From Chamaesiphon sp. (GTDB lineage: Bacteria > Cyanobacteriota > Cyanobacteriia > Cyanobacteriales > Chamaesiphonaceae): a stretch of DNA of 64,000 bases. The notes below the pieces were generated by a model. That model had not been told where the DNA came from and ran no database searches. It saw nothing but the letters and a program-made list of their open reading frames with translations. Of this stretch, positions 51,793-60,155 are shown in pieces (the first letter of the stretch is position 1; the number at the start of each line of letters is the position of its first letter). The stretch lies in the NCBI GenBank assembly GCA_965246715.1, contig CBDFFH010000005.1, forward strand, positions 32,001 through 96,000. The letters run 5' to 3'. The position numbers and the translations under genes were made by a program.

Positions 51793-52902
51793 TTAAACCT
51801 CAATGAATAGATATTTTTTATCGATCGCGTGGGCATAAGTATCCAATAAAACCCGATTGTCGTGTCCAGTTTGTTCGGCTAATGCAATCGGATTTGCACC
51901 CTTAGCTAAAGCATGAGAGATGGCAGAATGCCTGATCGCATAGGGTTTGCGATACTCGATATTGCAGATTTCCAGAATTTTTGTCCAGCATCTCGCTCGA
52001 AAACGATTGTCATCGATTGCACCGCCTTTAGGAGCCGGGAACACTAGGTCGTCAGGTTTAGGTTTTGCTTTTGCTTGTTGGTACTTAGATAATAGAACCG
52101 CTTGTAATGTTGGGGAAAGCTGAATTGTTCTCGCTTTGCCAGTTTTTGTAGTGCCACTACGCCCCCTGCTGATACTCTCCCCGATCCAGACAGTAGTATA
52201 GTCCGCGCTTAAATGCTTCCATCTTAAGCCAGCAGCCTCCCCAAAGCGGCATCCGGTATTAGTTAGGAAGGAGATAAAATCGGAGTAGTGGCGATATTGG
52301 GGATGATTGGCGATCGCGGCTCGAATTGCCTGTAACTCCTCGATGGTGAAGGGTTTAACCTGCTGTCTGGGTAAAATTTGGAACCTCGCAGCACTACCCA
52401 TCCAAGGATTTTCAGATACCAGGTGGTACTTATCTTTAGCCCAGTCCCAACAGGATTGAATTAACCAGCATCGTTCCTTCGCAGTGCGACCAGAGATAGT
52501 TTCCTGACAGATCGCCACAAAATTATCGACCTGACGCTTCCCAATCGTGTGAGCAGGTTTGTTCAGGTACTTTTCCAGCATTCTGACGATCGGTTTATAG
52601 CGAGACTCGATCGACGATCTGGACACGCCTTTATATTTGGCTTGGTGTTCGCCAAACAGCCGAAAGAGTTCGGGTGCTAATATCTCGGTCGCAGTCTTAC
52701 CGATAGTTCGAGGGCGATATTTGAGTAGAGTGCGATCGTATTGACCGATTACCCAATCATGCTCGATTTCAGCCTTCTTCTTTTGTGCTAGCGATCGACC
52801 AACAGGCGTATCGTTCACACCAATAGCTAGCGTTTGGCGTTTATCGCCATCATCCCACCGCAGCCGTAAGCGACCGTTATGGTTTTCGATTTGAATCTTC
52901 AT
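51793..52902 (-). CDS. Tyrosine integrase with N-terminal arm-binding domain
   Basis: GRLRLRW arm domain; TGCRFGE (R), TKTG (K), YAIRHS (H/Y-x-x-R), TGHD (H), TYAH (Y). Confidence 0.93.
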   Translation of the reverse strand: MKIQIENHNGRLRLRWDDGDKRQTLAIGVNDTPVGRSLAQKKKAEIEHDWVIGQYDRTLLKYRPRTIGKTATEILAPELFRLFGEHQAKYKGVSRSSIESRYKPIVRMLEKYLNKPAHTIGKRQVDNFVAICQETISGRTAKERCWLIQSCWDWAKDKYHLVSENPWMGSAARFQILPRQQVKPFTIEELQAIRAAIANHPQYRHYSDFISFLTNTGCRFGEAAGLRWKHLSADYTTVWIGESISRGRSGTTKTGKARTIQLSPTLQAVLLSKYQQAKAKPKPDDLVFPAPKGGAIDDNRFRARCWTKILEICNIEYRKPYAIRHSAISHALAKGANPIALAEQTGHDNRVLLDTYAHAIDKKYLFIEV

Positions 52903-52909
52903 TAAATTA

Positions 52910-53177
52910 AGCGGGGTAATGAGCGGGGTAAAATTGACCCCCATTAACACCCCTTAGCCCACTTAGCAAAAAGCTTATTGACAATACAAAAGTTCCTGAA
53001 AAGTCATATTACTTCCCAGAAACCCTTATATATCAACCTTTCCAACCCTATGGACGTACGCCGACTCGAACGGCGGACCTCATCGATGTCAACGATGAAT
53101 CAACAATCAGTGAATAATATACGGAGCAAGACTTCCAGAGCTTGATGAAAAGCGCGGGGGGTCTATTGGGGGGTCTA
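52910..53177. promoter_or_regulatory. att-site region: arm-type repeats on both sides of a tRNA-derived core
   Basis: AGCGGGGTAA x2 (52910, 52922), inverted GACCCCCA (52936) and GGGGGGTCTA x2 (53156, 53168); each direct pair has a 12-bp period. Confidence 0.6.
53051..53097 (-). pseudogene. 3' half of tRNA-Val(GAC) (att core), not an intact tRNA
   Basis: Minus strand CATCG-TTGACAT-CGATG-AGGTC-CGCCG-TTCGAGT-CGGCG-TACGTCC-A gives the anticodon arm, T arm and 3' acceptor strand. No D arm or 5' GGACGTA upstream. Confidence 0.9.
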
Positions 53178-53314
53178 GCTAATATTTCCGCTGTACTCTC
53201 ACCTCATAGCCAAAGGCTAATATGCTGAAGGCAAAATCGAGAGCGGGTGTTTATGTTAATTCAGCTAGATCCAATGATGCCGTGCCACAAACATTTGCGG
53301 ATTGAATTGCCAGC

Positions 53315-53614
53315 TCAGGCAGCACCGACGGTCGGGATGCGAGCATACACTGCTTGATTCTCGTGTTTTGCTTGTCTGATGTCATAATGCGCTTGTAAGT
53401 TTAACCAAAACTGAGCACTATTGCCAAAATAGCAAGCAAACCGGAGAGCTGTATCTGCACTAATCCGCCGCTTACCATTCAAGATTTCGCCCACACGGGT
53501 CTTGGTTACACCGATATCAACACTAAGTCGATAAGGGGTAATATTCATCGGCTCTAGGAATTCTCGCTTCAAGATTTCCCCTGGATGAATATTTGGTAAG
53601 CGTTCGTCACTCAT
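53315..53614 (-). CDS. higA: HigA family antitoxin (orphan)
   Basis: IHPGEILKREFL.P, I..G.R.ISADTALR...FG.SAQFWLNLQ..YD. Confidence 0.9.
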   Translation of the reverse strand: MSDERLPNIHPGEILKREFLEPMNITPYRLSVDIGVTKTRVGEILNGKRRISADTALRFACYFGNSAQFWLNLQAHYDIRQAKHENQAVYARIPTVGAA

Positions 53615-53801
53615 AGTTAATTAGTAGTAGTAAGTGAAGCTGGTTTTAATAGTATCGCGGCACGACACTGCTGTCAATCGATCTTCATTCTCCGCTCCGA
53701 TCGGCACTTGCTGTTTTCGAGCTGGAGAGTCTTCACCGAAACAAGAACGATTGTTATTTTAGATTTTGTATCAAAACTAAAATAACAGCTCTAGCTATTT
53801 T

Positions 53802-54012
53802 AGTTTTAAAGTAAAGAGGCATTATATCTCGCAAGGATATTCCCGAAGCTTCGGCCCAATCCTATCGATCGAGTATAGTCTTTTACTTATAGATCTGAGT
53901 CAGTTACTAAGGCAAGCAGATCGAGAACTGGGCAAGTTAGATATTTACTCCGATCTCATTCTTAACATCGATCTGTCGAGAGGTGGGTACGTTCTCAAAG
54001 AAGCCATTCAAT
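53802..54012 (+). pseudogene. Fic-family protein N-terminal remnant
   Basis: Frameshifted pieces HYISQGYSRSF / PNPIDRV* / LSQLLRQADRELGKLDIYSDLILNIDL...VLKEA resemble the Fic N-terminal region. Confidence 0.55.
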
Positions 54013-54120
54013 TGTTGATCGCCAGAGCTGCCTCAATCTCTGAAAAAATGGGTTAGTCACGTTACGGATGAGACTCTGGGGGGAAGAATATAGGTGTAAG
54101 TATCATGATACGGCTTCAAA

Positions 54121-54462
54121 ATGACTACCTCAGCACTGAATAAGCTTCTTTCTGTTTTTTCACTTGCTTCGAGCGCAACGACTATTTTCATAAATCCGGC
54201 TTTTGCCAGACCAATAGTTCATCACGGCGATAAGGGTACATACACTATCGATTTTGAAGCTGGTACATATCGGGGATGTCTCAATGGTGGAGGTTGTGTT
54301 TTTCTAGGACGAAAGTATCTTGTTGAAAACCGTAATCCTGAGTCAGAAAGTACTGCATGGACAAAAGGTGAGTATACATACGCAGTCGGTGAAGGTGAGA
54401 TATGGGTGACTAAAAACGGTCGAACCATATTTGAGGACCATATGTATCGAACGAGGAAATAA
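54121..54462 (+). CDS. Hypothetical secreted protein
   Basis: Signal peptide ending PAFA; GTYRGC...GCV.LG. Confidence 0.7.
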   Translation: MTTSALNKLLSVFSLASSATTIFINPAFARPIVHHGDKGTYTIDFEAGTYRGCLNGGGCVFLGRKYLVENRNPESESTAWTKGEYTYAVGEGEIWVTKNGRTIFEDHMYRTRK

Positions 54463-54572
54463 CTAAAGAACAAATATAGCAAACTAAATTCTCAGAACCT
54501 GGTAATTAAACCCTGCTTGTGGGAATTATAAGGTTGTTTATATTCTTAGCTCAAAGCAAAGGAGTGCTACTG

Positions 54573-55241
54573 ATGACCGCTGAGACTACCCCTTATTACA
54601 AATTAAGAAAATTAAAAAGATTTCCATCTACACTTATCGTATGGGAAGAATATGATGGCGGAAAGGCATTTGTTGCATTCCTTCTAGTTATAGCTTCTAT
54701 TTACTTTCTATCTGGCTTTTGGGGCTTTCTCATAGATCGCAATGATTGGCTGCACAATTTGTTTGCCAAGCAAACGAATATACTCGAATCGAGTCCTAGT
54801 CATTGGTGGCAGGTTTGGAAGTACTTTAACCCTTTTAGTCATTTTGCAAATAGTGCAATTGGCTATATAGATATAGTATTCAGGCTGTTTATTTTGCTAT
54901 GTGCTTACTGCTTGACATGGACAGCATTCGATCCTAGAAATATTGAAGGTTATATTTTAGGTATTATTAATGCTTTGATTGGTGGAGCATATGTGATTTC
55001 TCCCATCGACTTCATTCCTGACTCAGTACCTATTGCAGGTACTGTTGACGACACAATTCTTGGTATAGGGATGGTTTTTGTTGGCGTTTCTGGCTGGTAT
55101 CGAACTCACATGCGTGAAGTAAATACAACAACTATTCTTGAGATAGTCAATCAGGGTAATCATAGCTTGGCATTAGAGTTATTATTAAAAGACAAAGGAT
55201 TGTCTGTTCAAGAAATTAATGCTACGAATAACCCCCTGTGA
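54573..55241 (+). CDS. DUF1232 (YkvA) membrane protein
   Basis: YVISPIDFIPD.VP..G.VDD; AAGGAG before the ATG at 54573. Confidence 0.8.
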   Translation: MTAETTPYYKLRKLKRFPSTLIVWEEYDGGKAFVAFLLVIASIYFLSGFWGFLIDRNDWLHNLFAKQTNILESSPSHWWQVWKYFNPFSHFANSAIGYIDIVFRLFILLCAYCLTWTAFDPRNIEGYILGIINALIGGAYVISPIDFIPDSVPIAGTVDDTILGIGMVFVGVSGWYRTHMREVNTTTILEIVNQGNHSLALELLLKDKGLSVQEINATNNPL

Positions 55242-55351
55242 TTTCTCGCTCAATTTACATAATTGAGATTATTTGCTTTTAAATAATATCAAAAATCAAG
55301 AATGGCTTTTGATTGCGACAATTATACTACCTCATTTTAGTCGATAAAATG

Positions 55352-55399
55352 GCATAAAAAAGCAGGATTGGAACTAGTTTCAATCCTGCTTTTTTATGC
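55352..55399. terminator. Bidirectional rho-independent terminator
   Basis: GCATAAAAAAGCAGGATTG / CAATCCTGCTTTTTTATGC between convergent genes. Confidence 0.85.
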
Positions 55400-55411
55400 A
55401 AGCCTTACACA

Positions 55412-55747
55412 TTACTCAAGGTAATCCATATAGAGACATTGCTCATTTTTGAGGAAATCATTTATTTCATGCAATAATCTAAGCTGCCATGACTGCTTTA
55501 ATGACTCTTGAATAATTGCAGCTCGGAAGAATGCGAGCAATTTCTGTCGAGCTGCACTGGTGAGTAAAACAACTTCAATTTCGTATCTTTCCTCTTCATC
55601 ATCTTCTTCTAATACCAGTGGTTCACAAGCTCTTACTCCTTTGATTCTATAAAGTCCTTTGTCAAGCAGCCACTGGGCAAAATCAACTGTGTAATCGACA
55701 TAGCCAATACGCTGCTTATCTTTTGAATAGAATGTAATGCTAAACAT
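55412..55747 (-). CDS. Hypothetical acidic protein
   Basis: 111 aa, GGAG RBS. Confidence 0.65.
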   Translation of the reverse strand: MFSITFYSKDKQRIGYVDYTVDFAQWLLDKGLYRIKGVRACEPLVLEEDDEEERYEIEVVLLTSAARQKLLAFFRAAIIQESLKQSWQLRLLHEINDFLKNEQCLYMDYLE

Positions 55748-55792
55748 TTTAGTTTCTCCGATCGTGTTGTGGGTAGTGTGAAATAGTTGAAA

Positions 55793-55999
55793 TTAGTCTT
55801 TAACTTGAGCTTTGGCTTTCCGCCACAATTCTCTGGGCATTCGTTCCCAGTAGATGACACCTGCCGAGCGCAGCAATGCTTTAGCTGCTTTGTCGATAAC
55901 ACCAGTTGTAAAGAGGACTCGCTTACCTTGCCTAATTAACTTCCTGGCATCGCGTAACTCAAAGATGCGTTGAGTTCTCATTTCAAAGAAGATCTTCAT
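55793..55999 (-). CDS. Hypothetical basic protein
   Basis: 68 aa, TAATG overlap with the upstream ORF. Confidence 0.55.
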   Translation of the reverse strand: MKIFFEMRTQRIFELRDARKLIRQGKRVLFTTGVIDKAAKALLRSAGVIYWERMPRELWRKAKAQVKD

Positions 56000-56445
56000 T
56001 AGTTTTTATTTGAAAGATCGTGTTCGGAGATTAGTTGTTTTACTGCATTCAATAGTGATTCGCCGTTATCATCTACTTCACAGAACATGTCACCATTTGG
56101 ATCGTTAATTTTTAGTGTTCGTCTGACATGAAATTTCTTCTTTGCTAATGCCGCTATAGACCAGCCAATACCGTCCCTGTGATCTTCTAGATGTTCGATC
56201 ATTACATCTTCTGGAAGACGACATTGTGTATCTGCTCTTTTGGCAGCCTGAATAAAACTGAATGATTCTTGTGACGGTGAGGCTGACTGAGATGGTTTTT
56301 GTCTATCGAAGACCTGTCTTTTCTTCAAGACGCTATGCGAACGGAGATCGCGTAAGCGCGCAGCAAGGCAATCGAAGATTAACTGGACGATCTGCTTAAA
56401 AATCGTGCCTAGTAGACTGAAAAATTGTCGGATATATAGATTCAT
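55999..56445 (-). CDS. Hypothetical protein
   Basis: 148-aa ATG ORF, first of three co-oriented genes. Confidence 0.55.
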   Translation of the reverse strand: MNLYIRQFFSLLGTIFKQIVQLIFDCLAARLRDLRSHSVLKKRQVFDRQKPSQSASPSQESFSFIQAAKRADTQCRLPEDVMIEHLEDHRDGIGWSIAALAKKKFHVRRTLKINDPNGDMFCEVDDNGESLLNAVKQLISEHDLSNKN

Positions 56446-56950
56446 AAGTTATGAGGTTGATGACAACAAAATAGGCGCAGAGTCAATTGACTCTACTCCT
56501 ATTGGTAAAAGGTAATGCACTGTTGATTTAAGCGGCTAAATTAATAGCTGGGGCAACTAATCTTGTTTGAAAAGTAGATAATGTGTAAATCCCTAAAGGT
56601 TGCTTTTTTATCGCGGTGAGATGGTTCTGAAATTTTGGCAGGGCACTATTGAGACTGTGTGCTAATTTGCCACACCAGAAAAATCTTACTTTCTCTTTTT
56701 ACCAGGTATGTTACTAGTATAACACCAAGATGAATCTAGTGCAATACCAAGCATAATACTTTATTAGCAAGTAACATACTTTGTTAAATGTTTTGAGTAT
56801 TGTATTAGTATTGGACTAACTGAACGATCGATAGTACTCCAGAATATCGATCGAGCATCACATTTAGTAGCTAGAGAACTGGATATGAAATTTACTGCCA
56901 AAAAATTCTGGAGATAGACGATAAATCCTTGTAACCAATCTTACAAGCAC

Positions 56951-57808
56951 ATGTTTAAGTCTTATCTCTATCTAGTGCCAGCCTTGCTCTGTCTACTTCC
57001 TGGCTGTCAACTTCCATTGCCAAAGTCGGATACTGGCGAATCTACCCAGAAGCCAGGGCTGACATTATCCCCCGATCCCCAAGCTATTGCTGGCGCACCG
57101 TCTCAAGTGACCGATCGCAAGCCACTCATGCCACTCCGTCTGGCTGGTGTCCTGGATAAAACAGGCAGTACGGAGCCGAATAAGATTCCAAGCTATACAG
57201 AGGAACATTTTAAAACCATTGCTAAAGCATTACAGGAACGGAGCGGGGAATTCCGGTTGTTGGTTCTGTGTAGTGATTCTGATAAGGTGCTGGCACACTT
57301 GAAAATCCCCGTATCTGCAACACCCCCAGCCTCCCCCGCATCGCTACCAGATGAGAATTCAGTTAACACCATCGAGTACGCCAAATTAGAACAGGGGTAT
57401 TCTCAACGAGTGACTGAGTACAAGACTAAAAAGGCCGAGTTCGATCGAGCTAACCAAGTCCAGCGCAAGGCTAATGAAGTGGAGATCGCTATCTTCCTCA
57501 AAGCGGCTAGAAGTGTCCTAGCCGCACCGCCAACCTGTAAATCAACCGATATTGTGGGTGGAATTAAGCGGGTGGATCTTTTCCTCAGCGAACGGCAACC
57601 AGCGGGGTCGATTTCAGCACGGGAGGTGGCATTTTTTGTGAGTGATGGCGAACACAATACGACTGCGGCGACGAAGCCACCGGAAATGAAGAGTAAGCCG
57701 GAGATCGTTGTTGTCAGCCCTGGGTCGGGTGCGGGGATGTTGGAGCAGTTGCAGCCGACTAAGTTTGAATCGATCGATGCGGCGATCGAGGATATTCTAA
57801 GCCACTAA
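56951..57808 (+). CDS. Lipoprotein with vWA-like (MIDAS) domain and coiled-coil insert
   Basis: Lipobox LPGC; VLDKTGS, STDI, FFVSDG. Confidence 0.65.
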   Translation: MFKSYLYLVPALLCLLPGCQLPLPKSDTGESTQKPGLTLSPDPQAIAGAPSQVTDRKPLMPLRLAGVLDKTGSTEPNKIPSYTEEHFKTIAKALQERSGEFRLLVLCSDSDKVLAHLKIPVSATPPASPASLPDENSVNTIEYAKLEQGYSQRVTEYKTKKAEFDRANQVQRKANEVEIAIFLKAARSVLAAPPTCKSTDIVGGIKRVDLFLSERQPAGSISAREVAFFVSDGEHNTTAATKPPEMKSKPEIVVVSPGSGAGMLEQLQPTKFESIDAAIEDILSH

Positions 57809-57815
57809 GAATATC

Positions 57816-57850
57816 GCCCCAACTTCCTGATGAAGTCGGGGCTTTTTGTT
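57816..57850 (+). terminator. Hairpin plus U-tract after the vWA gene
   Basis: GCCCCaACTTC ctgat GAAGTcGGGGC TTTTTGTT. Confidence 0.65.
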
Positions 57851-58047
57851 GCGGGGCTGAGTTCAGTCAAATAGCCGAGCGATTATTGCCAAATTCGGGA
57901 GCCATCACGCGATACATATTTATAACCAACACAGCACCAAGAAAAACAATCGACTCCGCAGATCGAACGCTGCTCGATCGAATTCTGCCAAAAATTTCAA
58001 ACTTCTATCGACATATATCCATAGCCCACCATACCAACTGCAATTAT

Positions 58048-58221
58048 ATGACCTCTACTATCACTTATCGATCGCCTGTAAATCGCCAGATCGATCGAGT
58101 CAAACATCAACACTTACTCGACAGGCTCAATCATCGGCTAGCAGTAGCCATCGAGCGTGGCGATCGAATGTTGGTCGCTCAACTAACTACCGAACTGGGC
58201 GACCTCCAAGCCTCAATCTAA
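58048..58221 (+). CDS. Small PirA-like protein (57 aa)
   Basis: H..LL..L.HRL.VA..RGD..LV.QL..E matches the pattern I recall for cyanobacterial PirA (Ssr0692). Confidence 0.5.
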   Translation: MTSTITYRSPVNRQIDRVKHQHLLDRLNHRLAVAIERGDRMLVAQLTTELGDLQASI

Positions 58222-58275
58222 CTTTTTTACGATCGCAGGTGCATCGATCCTCAACACTACTCAAAGGCAATCGAC

Positions 58276-59181
58276 ATGAAATACTCGATCGACGAGCGCG
58301 CAAATCGTCACAATTTACAGCAACAGGAAGACGAGCTTAAAGCTCTGACTGGAGATATCAGTCGGCAATGGATTATACATCGCGACTGGAAAGTAGCTTA
58401 TTATCATCACTACTCACTCAACTATATTTATCTCCATCCCAAGATTGGCGATCAGTTGGCAGTACCGCTGCTGATTGCATTTACGATGGCGGTATATTTT
58501 ATCGATTTGATATTTGCGTATAATATTAGCGAATATCAGGCTCGGATGGCTTTTCACAATAATAGCTATGCGATCGCCTTTGCCATCTTTGTCTTACCAT
58601 TAGCATTCGTAACGCTCGAAATTTTTGTAAATTACTTGACTTATGAGGCGAAACTAGAAGCTGAAAATCGCAGTAATAAAGCTGGAAAGGTGTGGAAGTA
58701 TCGAGTGCTCCTGCTAGTCAGTCTTCTCCTCGCCATGACGATCCCTTTTTTATTCTTTATAACGGGATTTAAAGGTGAGGCAAAAGCAGGAAACCCAGTA
58801 TTTCTTGGTTTGCTTTTGGGCTTGGCGGTAATGGTGGGTCTCGTTCATATTGTGACTATTTTCGCAAGCGGGAAAATTACTGTCGCCAAAAATCGGATAG
58901 TGGCCATCTGGCAGCACAAATGGCTCAAGGGCAAGATGCAATCTAGTTATCATTGCTTGTCTAAAATGGTTGACGATGGCCAGAGCTTGTACATCAACTA
59001 TCTGCGGGATGTCGATGATTATAATCGCGGTCGTATTGTTGAAGATCGCTTCCTTCCGGTTCCCTTGTCGGAACTAGTCCACTACCTGATCCGCTATGTT
59101 GGGCAGGATTACTACCACATCCCACCAGGAGAAGAGCCAGGATTCGACGATCGCCAGCCGCCCAGATCGATCGCGGCGTAG
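58276..59181 (+). CDS. Hypothetical 4-TM membrane protein
   Basis: 301 aa, four hydrophobic segments with soluble helical ends. Confidence 0.75.
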   Translation: MKYSIDERANRHNLQQQEDELKALTGDISRQWIIHRDWKVAYYHHYSLNYIYLHPKIGDQLAVPLLIAFTMAVYFIDLIFAYNISEYQARMAFHNNSYAIAFAIFVLPLAFVTLEIFVNYLTYEAKLEAENRSNKAGKVWKYRVLLLVSLLLAMTIPFLFFITGFKGEAKAGNPVFLGLLLGLAVMVGLVHIVTIFASGKITVAKNRIVAIWQHKWLKGKMQSSYHCLSKMVDDGQSLYINYLRDVDDYNRGRIVEDRFLPVPLSELVHYLIRYVGQDYYHIPPGEEPGFDDRQPPRSIAA

Positions 59182-59203
59182 TCCAATATCTCTAATTTTC
59201 TCT

Positions 59204-59232
59204 ACATCCACCTTGAGCAGGTGGATTTTTTT
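59204..59232 (+). terminator. Rho-independent terminator
   Basis: ATCCACCT-tgagc-AGGTGGAT followed by a T run. Confidence 0.7.
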
Positions 59233-59318
59233 GTGTCCAGGGAGTCAGCAATTTCCAAATGCAAACAGATTCGATTGCTGGCGCAGACGGCAAGCCGTTC
59301 GATAAATCTATGCACCGA

Positions 59319-59900
59319 TTAGGTTTCCGGTTCGGGGAAGACAATATCTTCGTATATTTGCTCGATCTGGAATGTCAGATTGACGCTTTTTAGCTCGATC
59401 GTATCCCCTGCTTGGTAGTTAATAATTCGCCAGTCATCTGTTTCGAGTCTGCGAAATAGTTCGACTTCGATCGTCTCCGCACTGACTAATACATATTCTT
59501 GCAAACTGGGATTGCGGCGGTACATTTTGAATTTGTTGCCACGATCGTATGCTTCGGTACTGGGAGATAGTACTTCAATAATCAGGCAGGGATAGCTAAT
59601 GTACTGGGTTGTGGTCTTGTCTCGATCGTCACAGGTAACGCTGGTATCGGGATAAATATATTTGTCCATGCCCATAACTTTGACTCGGCAATCAGAGTTA
59701 AGGGTTTTACAACCGCGTCCGCGCATGTGAGTTTTAAGCAAGACCCCAAAATTTAGGGCAATATCACCATGATTTATAGTGCCGCCACTCATGGCATAAA
59801 CTTCGCCATCCATGTACTCGTGACGCTCTAGTTGCTGTTCTTCCCAGGCGAAGTATTCTTCGGGGGTGAATCTTGGAAAATGTTCTTTGAGAGCAACCAT
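59319..59900 (-). CDS. Uma2 family endonuclease (DUF820)
   Basis: EEY..WE, RHEY.DG...AM.GG, YPD..V.C, IIEVLSPST...DRG.KF..Y, LQEYVLV. Confidence 0.92.
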   Translation of the reverse strand: MVALKEHFPRFTPEEYFAWEEQQLERHEYMDGEVYAMSGGTINHGDIALNFGVLLKTHMRGRGCKTLNSDCRVKVMGMDKYIYPDTSVTCDDRDKTTTQYISYPCLIIEVLSPSTEAYDRGNKFKMYRRNPSLQEYVLVSAETIEVELFRRLETDDWRIINYQAGDTIELKSVNLTFQIEQIYEDIVFPEPET

Positions 59901-60155
59901 ATCGGCAGAGGCTGTAGGGGTGGGTTTATGCTATCCATCTACGATTTTACCAACAACCACGAACAAAACCCACCCACCCCCACCAGCAAAGATCGATTAT
60001 TTGATTGCCGAGTTAATGCCTGAAAACCCAGGTAGGGTGAATTTTTGCCAAAAGTTTGTTCGAGCCGCCGATACAAGATTGAAGCCCCCATTCAGATCGA
60101 AGATACTTGATTCTGTGGGGGAATAATACAAGTACCATGCTGGAGCCTCACCCCA

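Larger units (their letters stand above)
44100..53097 (-). mobile_element. Integrative satellite/IME-like element (int, xis, primase-helicase, cargo); left boundary uncertain
   Basis: Gene order att-int-ORF-xis-rep/ori-cargo; no capsid, terminase or conjugation genes; no second att copy found. Confidence 0.7.

Noticed and set aside
53051..53097. Intact tRNA-Val gene
   Set aside because: The D arm and 5' acceptor strand are absent; only the 3' half is present
44100..53100. Complete prophage or conjugative element
   Set aside because: No capsid, terminase, tail, lysis, relaxase or T4SS genes
56528..56735. Minus-strand open frame ending INLAA-stop (ssrA-like tail)
   Set aside because: No ATG/GTG/TTG start in frame and no tmRNA structure
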